DNA of 64,000 bases, taken from NCBI GenBank assembly GCA_951406725.2, contig OX597819.1, forward strand, positions 93,434,001-93,498,000. Direction: 5' to 3'. Made by a program: the position numbers and the translations under genes. This DNA comes from Octopus vulgaris. Lineage: Eukaryota. The notes beneath the pieces were generated by a model. That model was not told where the DNA came from. It did no database searches and saw only the letters and a program-made list of their open reading frames with translations. Below are positions 53,108-64,000 of this stretch, piece after piece. How positions within the stretch are numbered: position 1 is the stretch's first letter; every line of letters begins with the position of its first letter.

Positions 53108-53326
53108 CCCTTTAGTGTTCGGATTATTCTATCAAACATAATGCTTATTGATTCACATTGATTTGAATTAATCATGCATTATCTCATATCTTCACCATCT
53201 TGATGGTGTAATTACTTAATGTAGAATAACATTGTAGGGTAGGTGTGAGGGCCTGGATCTGGTCAGTTTGAACGTAAGGCAGATTAAATATTTTGGCTGG
53301 ATATGACTGGTTTAAATACTAAAGGG
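53108..53326 (+). mobile_element. piggyBac-type MITE, TTAA TSD
   Basis: TTAA|ccctttagtgttc ... aaatactaaaggg|TTAA. Confidence 0.88.
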
Positions 53327-53493
53327 TTAATCTTGGTAACATTGATAACATAATAGGTGGTGGTGGTGGTGGTGGCAAAGGCTGCAGTGATGGTGGTGGC
53401 GTTGGTGGTTACTGTTGCTGTTATTATTGTTACTGTTTAGATCCAGATCAGCTCTAGATTGACCAAGCATGCATTTAAAAATTCTTGCTTTAA

Positions 53494-53714
53494 CCCTTTA
53501 GTGTTCAGATTACTCTGTTAAATGTAATACTTTTTCACTCAAATTGTTTTGAATTGATCCTGGATCATCTTACAGCTTTGATGTTTCAATGATGTGATTA
53601 CTTATTTTTAGAATGGCATTGTAGGTTAGGTGTGAGAGGCTAGATATCGCCAGTTTGAATATAAAACATGTGGAATATATTGGGCCAGATTTGGCCAGTT
53701 TAAACACTAAAGGG
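53494..53714 (+). mobile_element. piggyBac-type MITE, TTAA TSD (same family)
   Basis: TTAA|ccctttagtgttc ... aaacactaaaggg|TTAA. Confidence 0.88.
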
Positions 53715-53764
53715 TTAATAATTGTTTTGATCTCAAGGAAGGGGCTTTAAATCTTTTTTTTACG

Positions 53765-54004
53765 CTTTTACTCTTTTACTTGTTTCAGTCATTTGACTGC
53801 AGCCATGCTGGAGCATCACCTTTAGTCGAGCAAATCAACCCCAGGATTTATTTTTTGTAAGCCTAGTACTTATTCTATCATTCTCTTTTGCCGAGCCGCT
53901 AAGTTACGGGAACGTAAACACACTATCACTGGTTGTCAAGCAATGTTGGAGGGGACAAACACAGACACACAAACACACACTCATATATATATATACATAT
54001 ATAC

Positions 54005-54035
<31 letters not shown>

Positions 54036-54210
54036 CATATACATATATACGGTGGGCTTCTTTCAGTTTCCGTCAACCAAATCCACTCACAAGGCTTTGG
54101 TCGGCCTGAGGCTATAGTAGAAGACTTGCCCAAGGTGCTACACAGTGGGACTGAACCTGGAACCATGTGGTTGGTAACCAAGCTACTTACCACACAGCCA
54201 CTCCTGCACC
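53765..54210 (-). mobile_element. SINE family A, full length
   Basis: High reverse similarity to 39549-39966. Confidence 0.92.
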
Positions 54211-54385
54211 TTAGCCATAGCATTTTTTATTTTGCAATACTAGTTCCAATTTGATGTATACATAACAACAAGGGAATTCCAATGGGATAGAAACTTTGGA
54301 GTAGAAGGACTGGATGATTAAACAAATAGAGTAGTCCTAGATACACTATACTGTAACAGACTAGTCAAAGTTAGAACACCTATCA

Positions 54386-55215
54386 TTAATCCATTAACAT
54401 TTAAACTGGCCATATTTGGTCCAAATATTCTACCTGTTTATGTTCAAACTGATCAGATCTGGCCTCTCCCATCTACCCTACAATGTCATTCTAAGAATAA
54501 ACAATCACAACGCCAAAATTTCAAGGCTACAAAGATAATCCCTGATTAATTCAAAATAATATGAATAAGTGAGCACTATATCTTACAAAGTAATAAATAT
54601 CCTTTCTGCTGGAAGCACAAGGCCTCAAATTTGGGGAGTGGGATTAAGTCGAAAACATCGACTCCAGTGTGCAACTGGTACTTAATTTATTGAACCCAAA
54701 AGTATGAAAGGCTAAGTCGACCTTGGCAGAACTTGAACTCAGAACATAGCAAGAGATGAAATACCTATTTCTTAACTACCCACAAGTGTCTAAACACAGA
54801 GAGGACAAACAAGGACAGACAAATGGATTAAGTAAATTATATCGACCCCAGTGCATAACTGGTACTTAATTTATTGAACCCAAAAGTATGAAAGGCAAAG
54901 TCGACCTTGGCAGAACTTGAACTCAGAACATAGCAAGAGATGAAATACCTATTTCTTTACTACCCACAAGTGTCTAAACACAGAGAGGACAAACAAGGAC
55001 AGACAAATGGATTAAGTCGATTATATCGACCCCAGTGCTTAACTGGTACTTATTTAATCGACCCCGAAAGGATGAAAAGCAAAGTCGACCTCGGCGGAAT
55101 TTGAACTCAGAATGTAGCGGCCGATGAAATACCGCTAAGCATTTCACCCAGAGTGCTAACGATTCTGCCAGCTTGCTGCCTTATCTCACAGAGTAATATG
55201 AACACAAAAGAGTTA
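54386..55215 (-). mobile_element. piggyBac-type MITE interrupted by a multimeric SINE B
   Basis: Left end ttaatccattaacatttaaactggcc, right end acaaaagagttaa; tatctYacaRagtaata duplicated on both sides of the SINE. Confidence 0.7.
54597..55180 (-). mobile_element. SINE family B with triplicated ~183-bp internal module
   Basis: Units at ~54642-54826, 54827-55009 and 55010-55180. Confidence 0.85.
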
Positions 55216-55996
55216 AAGATGTTACAAATAATTTTAATTGAACTGGTTACAAGTACTACTTCAGCTGCTGTGAGCTACCATGGGTTGCTGTGGGCTGCAG
55301 CTGTAGAAGCAACAGCAACAACTGTCTATGCTTCAACTCCATATCTGAAACTATTCCTTCGAAAGATGTGTTCTAATTGTCAACTGACAGCTGGTTTCTA
55401 TTGCCACACATCGTAACTAATAGTGAATCTCAGTAACATCTTTTCCTGTTTCTTTGTCAATCTTCAACTATCTATTTGTCTATCTATCTATCTATCTATC
55501 TACCTGTATGTATGTGTGTATGTGCTCATACATACATGAATGTATATATATATAAATATGTAGATATGATGTCTGTCTGTAGGTATGTATGTATGTGTGT
55601 GTGTATGTGCGCATACATACATGAATGTATATATATAAGTATGTATATATGATGTCTGACTGTATGTATGTATGTATGTATGTATGTATGTATGTATGTA
55701 TGCATGTATGTCTCCATAAGTTTTCTACTTGTATATATGGTATGCAACAATTTTGTTTGTGCATGATTTTATACGTGATCAAGTAAGAATCTAATAAGTC
55801 AGAAAATACACTGAAAATGTAGGCATCCACCACGACCACCACTACTGCTACTAATGCCACCACTGTTGCATCACTTACCTTCCCCTATGACCTCCTCTCC
55901 TCTGGTTCATAGATACACCTAAATCTGGAAAGTCATTGTATTGGTAATGATTTGAGTAAGATTTGATTTGGCTGTAATCATCTATGTCCTTCTTCA

Positions 55997-56282
55997 CATG
56001 TATGTGTATGTGCGCACGTCTGTGTACGTGTGTGTGTGCATGCATACATGTGTGTGTGCATGCATACATGTGTGTCAGTGTTATAGATATATGTATATAT
56101 ATATATATGTGTGTCCATGTATATATATATATATATATATACACATATATATACATACATATATGTGTATGTGTGTATGTATGTATATATACATATATAT
56201 ATATATACATATATATACATTACATATATATGTATGTGTGTATGTATGTGTTTATAGATATATACATACACACACACGTGTG

Positions 56283-56313
<31 letters not shown>

Positions 56314-56470
56314 AGATATGTGTATGCATATGTATGTATGTATAGATATGTGTATGCATATGTATGTATGTATGTATAGATATGTGTATGCATATATATA
56401 TATATATATGCGTGTATATACATGCATATCTATATGTGCATATGTGTAATCACATACTCACATACACACA
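55997..56470. repeat. (TA)/(TG)/(TATG) compound microsatellite
   Basis: Direct observation. Confidence 0.95.
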
Positions 56471-57392
56471 GGGAAGGTGAAGAAGAGGAAAATAGAGATG
56501 CGTTTGTTTTTATTTACTCTGTTTGCATTTTTCTTTCTTTATTTTTCTTTTCTTTTCTTTTTTTTTAGTTAATTCTTTCTCATTTATTTTCCTGTTCAAA
56601 ATTCTAAATTCAGATGTTTGCTCAAGAAATACAATTCATGCTGCATTAAAAATTCCTTAAATAATTTTCTATTTCATTCCATTTTTTTTTTTATTATTTT
56701 ATTCTATATTTGATATATTTTCCATTTTATTTTATTTTTATTCTATCTTTTATTCAATACAATTTGTTGGAAAATACAGCAGCGAATAGATTGCAGAATC
56801 TATTCAGTTTTGTTTCTTTTGACCAATATCATCTATGTTGTTGTGTAGAAAGCAGAATTAATATAATGCAGGCTGTAGTGGTTTGTAAATTTAAAAACAC
56901 ACACGCAAAAAAAAAAATAGAAAAAGGTAAAACAAAAAAAATAAAAACTACAAATAAACAACAAGAAAAAATAAATAAATTAAAACTGTGATTAAAGATG
57001 AAATTTGTGAAAACAAGACAATAAATAAGAACCTTAACATGTGTTGATGTCAGCCAGTCAAGGTCTAGTTGATTCAGGTTTTAAAACTGGCTGCAGGGTT
57101 AAAAAAAATGGAAGTAAAATTGAAAAAAAAATTTCCTTAAATTTAGTTTAATCATAGTTGACAGCCCTTATGTTGTTTTTCACACTTATGCAAGCTTTAA
57201 CTTTTAACTAAGAATGCAATCATCATCTCTGTAAAAAAAAAAGCTTTGTCAAATTGCTCGTTTTCTTTTATTTTTAAGACTTGCACAAAGTCTGACAGTA
57301 TGTTTTCCTATCAGTAGGGTTTCACCTTCATTGTTGTTGTTGTTGTTATTATTATTATTGTTATCACATCATCATCATCTTCATTATTATTA

Positions 57393-57962
57393 AGGTGGTG
57401 AGCTGGCAGAATCGTTAGCACACTAGTCAAAATGCTTACTGGCATTTCATCTTTTTATTTTTACATTCTGAGTTCAAATTCCACTGATGTCAACTTCATC
57501 TTTCATCCTTTTGGGGGTCATTAAAATAAGTACCAGTTGAGCACTGGAGTTGATGTAATCAACTTACACTCTCCCACAAAATTTCAGCCCTTGTGCCTAT
57601 TAATAGAAAGCATCACCATCATCATGGCAGAATCATTAGTATTCTGGACAAAATACTTAGCAGTATTTCACCTGTTGCTATTCCACCAAGATCAACTTTG
57701 CCTTTCATTCTTTCAGGGTCAATAAAATAAGCACCAGCTGAACACTGGGTCAATGTAATTGACTCATCCCCAAATTTCTTTATTGCCCACAAGGGGACAA
57801 ACAAGTACAGACAAAATGATTAAGTCGATTACATCGACCCCAGTGCGTAACTGGTACTTAATTTATCAACTCCGAAAGGATGAAAGGCAAAGTCAACCTT
57901 GGCGGAATTTGAACTCAGAACGTAACAGCAAACGAAATACTGCTAAGCATTTTGCCTGGTGT
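57393..57962. mobile_element. Three SINE family B copies: + (57393-57610), + (57625-57778), - (57786-57962)
   Basis: Family B head and central motifs in both orientations. Confidence 0.8.
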
Positions 57963-57999
57963 GCAGTAGCAAAATATCTTCATGTAATACATGAACATT

Positions 58000-58935
58000 T
58001 AAATTGATAAGGTTTTTCCAGGATGTGGACAGTACTTGTCAGCATAATCTTTCGGATTTCTCTGAGACAGGATTCTCTTGGGATATTATCTAGATGTTTC
58101 TGACATCCCCTTTTTTTTATCATACCTGGTGCACCTACAATAACAGGAATAGTTCTCACTTTAAGATGCCACATCTTTTGTATTTCAATTTCCAGGTCCT
58201 AATATTTATTTAATTTGTCAAATTCCTTACAGATATATTTTTGTTTAGTGGGAACACTTACATCTGTTAGTCTCAAAGTGTTTTCTTCCTTGTCTTTAAT
58301 CACTATGTCTGGTCACTTAGCCTGGATTGTTCTGTCAGTGTTGACTGGAAAATCCCAGAGGATAGTGACATTTTTACCTTCAACAACTGGCTCAGGATGA
58401 TGTTCATACCAGTAAGCAGGAGTGCCGATTTTGTAGTGTTTACATATTTTCCAATGTAAATACTGTCCTACACAATATACATGGTGGTTTTTGTATTCGT
58501 TTGGTGTCAGCACAGGACATCCCGAGATGAGATGGTCTGTTGTTTCATCAAATGTATTGCTGAATCTGCATTTAAGGTCAGAACTGTTTTGAAGAACGTT
58601 AGCTTGGTAGCTATTAGTAAGCAAGCTTTGATCTTGTGCTACCAATGTGAAACCTTCAGTCTCTGCTTTCAGTCCAAAGCTTCTCAGCCACTGATGGGTT
58701 GTTGTTTGGTCTACATCAGCATTTCGGCTTTGAAGCATATACTGCCCATGCAAAGGCTTCTGGCTCCAACATTCCTCAATTTGTTTCTACCTATTCTTTT
58801 TTGCAGTCTGCTTGATCAATCTTGCTTGTTTGGTGGCAGTAGAATCAGGTTCATCATCTAATTCAGGGTTATTGCCAAGTTCCCTTTCGAATTTGCAAGC
58901 TTCTTTGACAATAGAATGTGATTTTTTGCTGCTTA
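58000..58935 (-). pseudogene. R4/Dong-clade non-LTR retrotransposon 3' region (zinc knuckle + restriction-like endonuclease)
   Basis: MHGQY...WLR..GLKAETEGF...AQDQSLLT..Y...CRF....ETTDHLISGCP.L...EY...WYEHHPEPVVE...TILWDFPV.TDRTI.A*PDIVIKDK...DV..P...KY*DLEIEIQKMW.LK...IPVIVGA.G; stops and frameshifts. Confidence 0.9.
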
Positions 58936-59370
58936 TTTTTATTATTGAATGAGAGAGCAGTGCATGCCATCAAAGTGATACTGGAGTAAAATATATGAAG
59001 CCCAGTATACCTATCTGATAAGAGTACCCCAGGCACATGCATGACATGGTGATCTCATATCAAGATAAACAGTGCAAGACCTTGCAGGTGGGGCCCTTTT
59101 AGAATTTTCTTCAAGTCAAGCAGACCATCTTATTCAAATGTTCCCTGAATAAGGTTTGTTTAAGGATGTTGAATGAAACACCCATGCTTCCAGAGATGAA
59201 TTATTCAAATCTTGAAGAATTCCTCTCCACACTTGGCTATGATGCTCTACTTTTACTTGTGATCAGAGATGGACATTTCGTCAGCCACTAAAGAACATGC
59301 TCAACTGGTTAAGGTCAAACAACTGACAAGCAAATCTGTGGTATTGAGCAGAATATTTACTGTAACCTAT
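58936..59370. repeat. Unclassified repeat adjoining the R4/Dong relic
   Basis: Bounded by (TAT)n tracts; resembles from memory a high-copy octopus repeat; no second copy in this window. Confidence 0.4.
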
Positions 59371-59444
59371 CTTATTATTATTATTATTATTATCATTATT
59401 ATTAAAGTGTCAAACAAAATATATATACATATATATATATATTT

Positions 59445-59660
59445 GTGTGTGTGTGTGTGTGTGTGTTTTCCCCCTACCATTGCTTGACACTGATGCTGGA
59501 GTGTTCATATACCCGTAACTTAGCGGTTCAGCAAAAGGGACAGATAGAATAAGTACTAGGCATACAAAGAATAAGTCTTGGGGTGATTTCCTTGACTAAA
59601 GCACTTTAGGGTGATGCTCCAGCAAGACTACAGTCAAATGACCTAAACAAGCAAAAGGAA
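59445..59660 (+). mobile_element. SINE family A 3' half
   Basis: ccgtaacttagcggttcagcaaaag...aagaataagtcttgggg. Confidence 0.8.
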
Positions 59661-59675
59661 AAATGAATACATATT

Positions 59676-59707
<32 letters not shown>

Positions 59708-60316
59708 AATATATATATATCATGTGTATATTAAAGTGGATCCCATTAAAAGTTATAAAGCAACAGAAAATGAAAACACACTCTTATGTTTCCTGTGTCC
59801 TATCTTTATTCCAGTTGCCATTAGGCATCAACACAAACTTTATATTTTCTTTTTGATTTTGTTTTTCCTATGCTTCCATAGATTTATCCATTTTTATCAC
59901 ATATCCCTCCCAAATCATGAAAAGCTGTTTTTTTCCTCTTTTGATGATTAATTTCTCTATCATATACAAGCAGGCAGTTAGTGAGGATTCATATATATCC
60001 AGTTGTAGTAGATGTCTAATTATTACTTTGTAAATTTATTTTTCTGTGTGTTATGAAGTTTTTAACACATTTCTTATCTAATATTTGTATGATATGTATT
60101 ATAAATTATGCAGATACACTTCTATTTTAAATATGAAACTGTGAGTGTATATGTGTGTTTGTGTGCATGTGTGCTCATATATACATGTCTATATGTGTGT
60201 GTGTATATATATATATATATATACATTTATGTATTATCATGATTGACCTGAGATTAAAAAATAAAATGCAAACTAAACAGCCCATACACGTGTGTATGTG
60301 TGTGTATGTATGTATG

Positions 60317-60345
<29 letters not shown>

Positions 60346-60348
<3 letters not shown>

Positions 60349-60630
60349 GAGGTGTAATGGCCCAGTGGTTAGGGCAGCAGATTACAGTTTCGATTCCCAG
60401 ACCAGGCATTGTGTGTGTTTATTGAGCAAAGACACCTAAAAGCTCCACAAGGCTCCAGCAGGGGGTGGTGGACAACCCCTGTTATACTCTTTTGCCACAA
60501 CTTTCTCTCACTCTCTCTTCCTGTTTCTTAAGTAACACTGCGATGGACTGGCGTCCTGTCCAGCTGGGGGGAGCACATATGCCACAGAAACTGGGGCCAT
60601 GAGCCTGGCTAGGCTTGAAAAGGGCAACAT
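60346..60630 (+). mobile_element. SINE family C
   Basis: gtggaggtgtaatggcccagtggttagggcagc...gtttcgattcccagacc...ctgcgatggactggcgtcctgtccagctgggg. Confidence 0.85.
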
Positions 60631-61066
60631 TCATCATTTTATATATTTACATACATAGATATAGGGCTGCTAGTTTTAGCATATAGGTTGATGATATTTT
60701 TTTTCCATTTTTTTACTCCCAGGTCAATACTGATTAATTTATTAAAAAAATATTGCAATTATCCGTGGATTATTATTATACATCCTATCTAGATACTTCA
60801 AAAAGTTTCATATGTAGAATCAAATAGCTAAATAGAAAAGGTACTATCTTTTTCCAAAGCCTTTGATGTGTGTCTCAAGGTAAAGAAATTAAATCTATTT
60901 ACCCTTCAATCAATCCTTATATATTTTTTTTTATAATTCATGGAGATCTATATGCTTGGTGTAGTCATATAATATTGATTTTTAACATTTCTAAATATTG
61001 ATTTCTTACATGATGTGTTCCTACAATACTGCTGTGTTAATTGGAAGGTTCACAGAAATCATGGTA

Positions 61067-61136
61067 ATACCATATGAAAATATCAAACACATAGTTTTTC
61101 ATGAAAAACTATATGCTTGATATTTTCATATGATAT
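61067..61136. repeat. 70-bp spacer-less palindrome (3 mismatches)
   Basis: ataccatatgaaaatatcaaacacatagtttttca|tgaaaaactatatgcttgatattttcatatgatat. Confidence 0.92.
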
Positions 61137-61647
61137 TTGGCCATGTTAATTAAAAGCTTCATACAAAACATAGCAATATCATGCCCACATATCAAGCATA
61201 TTTGTATGATGTTTCTGTGCTAATGAAAGGTTCTTACAAGATAAAACTACAGTCATGCCAAGTAAACATTTCCGAAGTATGTCACAAAAGCTGACATAAC
61301 TCCATTTTAAATTATAACCTCCCAAAGATTTAATATTAGCTTAAATCATTAAAATTTTAATTTCTTTTCAGAAAAATGTTATTAGTTATGAATTGACCTA
61401 AATATGCATAAACAAGCACACTGTCACAAATTCACAGATCCACACAGAATATGCAAAACTAATTACACACACATCAATACACATATCATTAACTTTGTAA
61501 GTAAGAAGTTTACCGTAAATCTACATGGTCCTGTGCTCAATCTCATTGCTCAGCTCTTTGGGAAACTGTCTACTCCTTTTGTATTATCGGATTAACCAAT
61601 GCCTTGTAAGATGAATTTGCAGATTTTGTGAAGACTGCATGTGTGCA

Positions 61648-61681
<34 letters not shown>

Positions 61682-61682
<1 letters not shown>

Positions 61683-61992
61683 CATCGTGATCACCGTGAC
61701 CGACCAGGCTATCAGATGTTGTTACACATCGCTGGTCACAATGTGCTTCACATTGTTTTAACCTTCAAATGATGCCACCCCACTGGCTAAGCAAGCAGGC
61801 CAACAGAAAATAGAGTGAGAGAAAGTTGTGGCGAAAGAGTACAGCAGGGCTCGCCACCATCCCCTGTCGGAGCCTCATGGAGCTTTAGGTGTTTGCGCTC
61901 AATAATTACTCACAACGCCCAGTCTGGGAATCGAAATTGCGATCCTACGACTGCGAGTCCGCTGCCCTAACCACTGGGCCATTGCGCCTCCA
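61682..61992 (-). mobile_element. SINE family C with a third tail type
   Basis: Head gtggaggcgcaatggcccagtggttagggcagcggactcgcagtcgtaggatcgcaatttcgattccc; tail ...gatagcctggtcggtcacggtgatcacgatgat. Confidence 0.88.
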
Positions 61993-62324
61993 CACATATA
62001 TATATACACGCACACACACATATATGTGTGTTTGTATGTATGTATATATATATATATATATATACACATACACACATGCATGCATGCGTGCACACACACA
62101 CACACACACACAGAGGCATAAATAGATAGATAGCTGGAGAGAGGGAGAGAGAGAGTGTGTGTGTGTGTATCAAACAGAGAGAGAAAGAAATGAGCAGACA
62201 AACAGGCAGACAGACAGACAGACAGACAGATAGATAGAAAGATAGATTGATAGATAGATAGATAGATCCTTTATTTTAAAATAGTCTTGTATATTGTGTG
62301 GATGTTACCTACACTTCTTCCTTT

Positions 62325-62720
62325 TCTACCAAATATCAACAAGTCTTTCTGAACATCTGGCACATGAATCTCCTGTCAAAATTGTCCTCCTATAGGCGCC
62401 ATCATATCTGATTGGTGGCTTCCTGTCGGAGCATTTTCTTATGATGTTGGCTACACAAACTCAACCCTATACACACAACACATCTGGTGTACTCCAGGGT
62501 TCAATTTTCTATCTCAAACTCTTTTTCTATACATCATTGACTTACTGTCACTTCCAATAACGCTCACTTCTATGAAAATAATACCACATTCCATTTCTCT
62601 CCAGCTTTCCACACCAAAACATCATCCATCCACATGCAGCCTAGACATCACACATAAATCTACATTGTATCTATGAACAGCGATTTGCCATGTCATTCTC
62701 ATCAATATAAAACAGAATTC
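62325..62720 (+). mobile_element. CR1/Jockey-group LINE reverse transcriptase relic
   Basis: NINKSF..IWHMNLLSKLSSY (DISKAFD.VWH), SGVLQGS, HFYENNTTFH (decayed YADD). Confidence 0.75.
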
Positions 62721-62901
62721 AACCAGAGCACTCATAAGGGTTTCAAATACAAGGTCTCACCGTCACATGCTCCGGTTTGACATGATTGTGTCATTTTACT
62801 GTTGAAGGAAATGACATTGGCTTAATTCCATTAGAAGATGTTTTCTGAACAGCGATGCATAGATAATTTATGTACAGATACACATGCATTACCATGCATA
62901 A

Positions 62902-62940
<39 letters not shown>

Positions 62941-63580
62941 TGTTTGTGTGTGTGTGTGTGGATATGTGAGTGTACATTTGTGTGCATATCTGTGTATGTG
63001 CAAATGGTATGCAGGTGTATATATAAAGATATATACACATACACACATGCTCACATACACACATCCTTCTTCATGTATACACAAACACTCACATGGACCA
63101 CACAAACATATATGTTAATACATTTCTCAAATCAACACTTTCTTTAGAAATTGCTAAAGAGGATTGATTTTTTTTGGTTTTTGTTTTTTGTTTTTTGTTT
63201 TTTTTTGGTTTTCTACTCCTTCCTTTTCTTCTTGCTTCTCTCCTCCACCCAACCTCCACAACCTTTTAATTATTTGCTTCTTTATTTATTGGCAAGGAGC
63301 TGTTTGACAGAAATTTAATTCCTCTTATATCCAGGAGATGGTATCTCATTCGCTATTGATTGTAAAATAAGAATTTTGCAGTGAAATTCAATATACAGAT
63401 ATTTGGTACATTTCATTTTTCTCACAAAAACTTTCCCCCAACAATGTTACAAATTTTTTTTCTTTTTATTCCTTACCTACGTTTTAGAGTTTAGTAAACG
63501 TCGTTAGTTTATTATTGATATTATTTTAAGTTCTTTTTATAATTATTATTATTTTTGTTTTAATTCTACCACCATTACCA

Positions 63581-63614
<34 letters not shown>

Positions 63615-63754
63615 CAATAACAGCAGTTACATCAATAACAACAGCATCACCACCAACACTTTTGTCAGTATATTGACAATCCTATGGCTGAACTGACTAC
63701 TTTGTTAAATTGAAGAAAAAATATATATACAATGTGTATGTGTATGAGTTTACA

Positions 63755-63789
<35 letters not shown>

Positions 63790-64000
63790 ATGTATGTCAC
63801 TGTTGCTGTCAACAGTGTTTTTCTTTTTCTTTTTTTTTTCCAATGTAACAAGGCATGGTTCAGCTTGTATCGGAGTTTTTTAACAGATTGTCAATACTTT
63901 TTTATTTCGTGTCTGACAAGTAATTTGCAAATCTTCATCAATTATAAGAGAAATAAATGAAATTATGAAACATAACACACACACACACACACACATCCAT

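Noticed and set aside
55879-55924. Minus-strand mini exon with AAG|GTAAGT donor
   Set aside because: Good donor but no supporting homology or neighbouring exons; expected by chance in 64 kb.

Overview
AT-rich, very repeat-dense animal genomic DNA with no confidently identifiable host protein-coding gene, most likely intronic or intergenic. The repeat content (tRNA-derived SINEs with internal TA/TG microsatellites, RTE, CR1-like and R4/Dong LINE relics, a Helitron, mariner relics, hAT and piggyBac-type MITEs) resembles an octopus/coleoid cephalopod genome; this is an inference from recalled repeat families, not a search. Most ORFs in the track are microsatellite translations. The most notable signal is a set of type I hammerhead-ribozyme (HHR) motifs, all on the minus strand: a canonical-core one at 8678-8767 within a 319-bp partial tandem repeat, two diverged relatives at 3191-3277 and 40277-40363 whose stems covary, and decayed motifs near 37862-37905 and 38064-38109. 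These fit Penelope-like/retrozyme-type self-cleaving RNA elements. Also present: a ~165-bp inverted repeat (27399-28327), a 70-bp palindrome whose mismatches are all G:U on one strand (61067-61136), modular SINEs and nested insertions with clear TSDs. Boundaries of decayed repeats are approximate.
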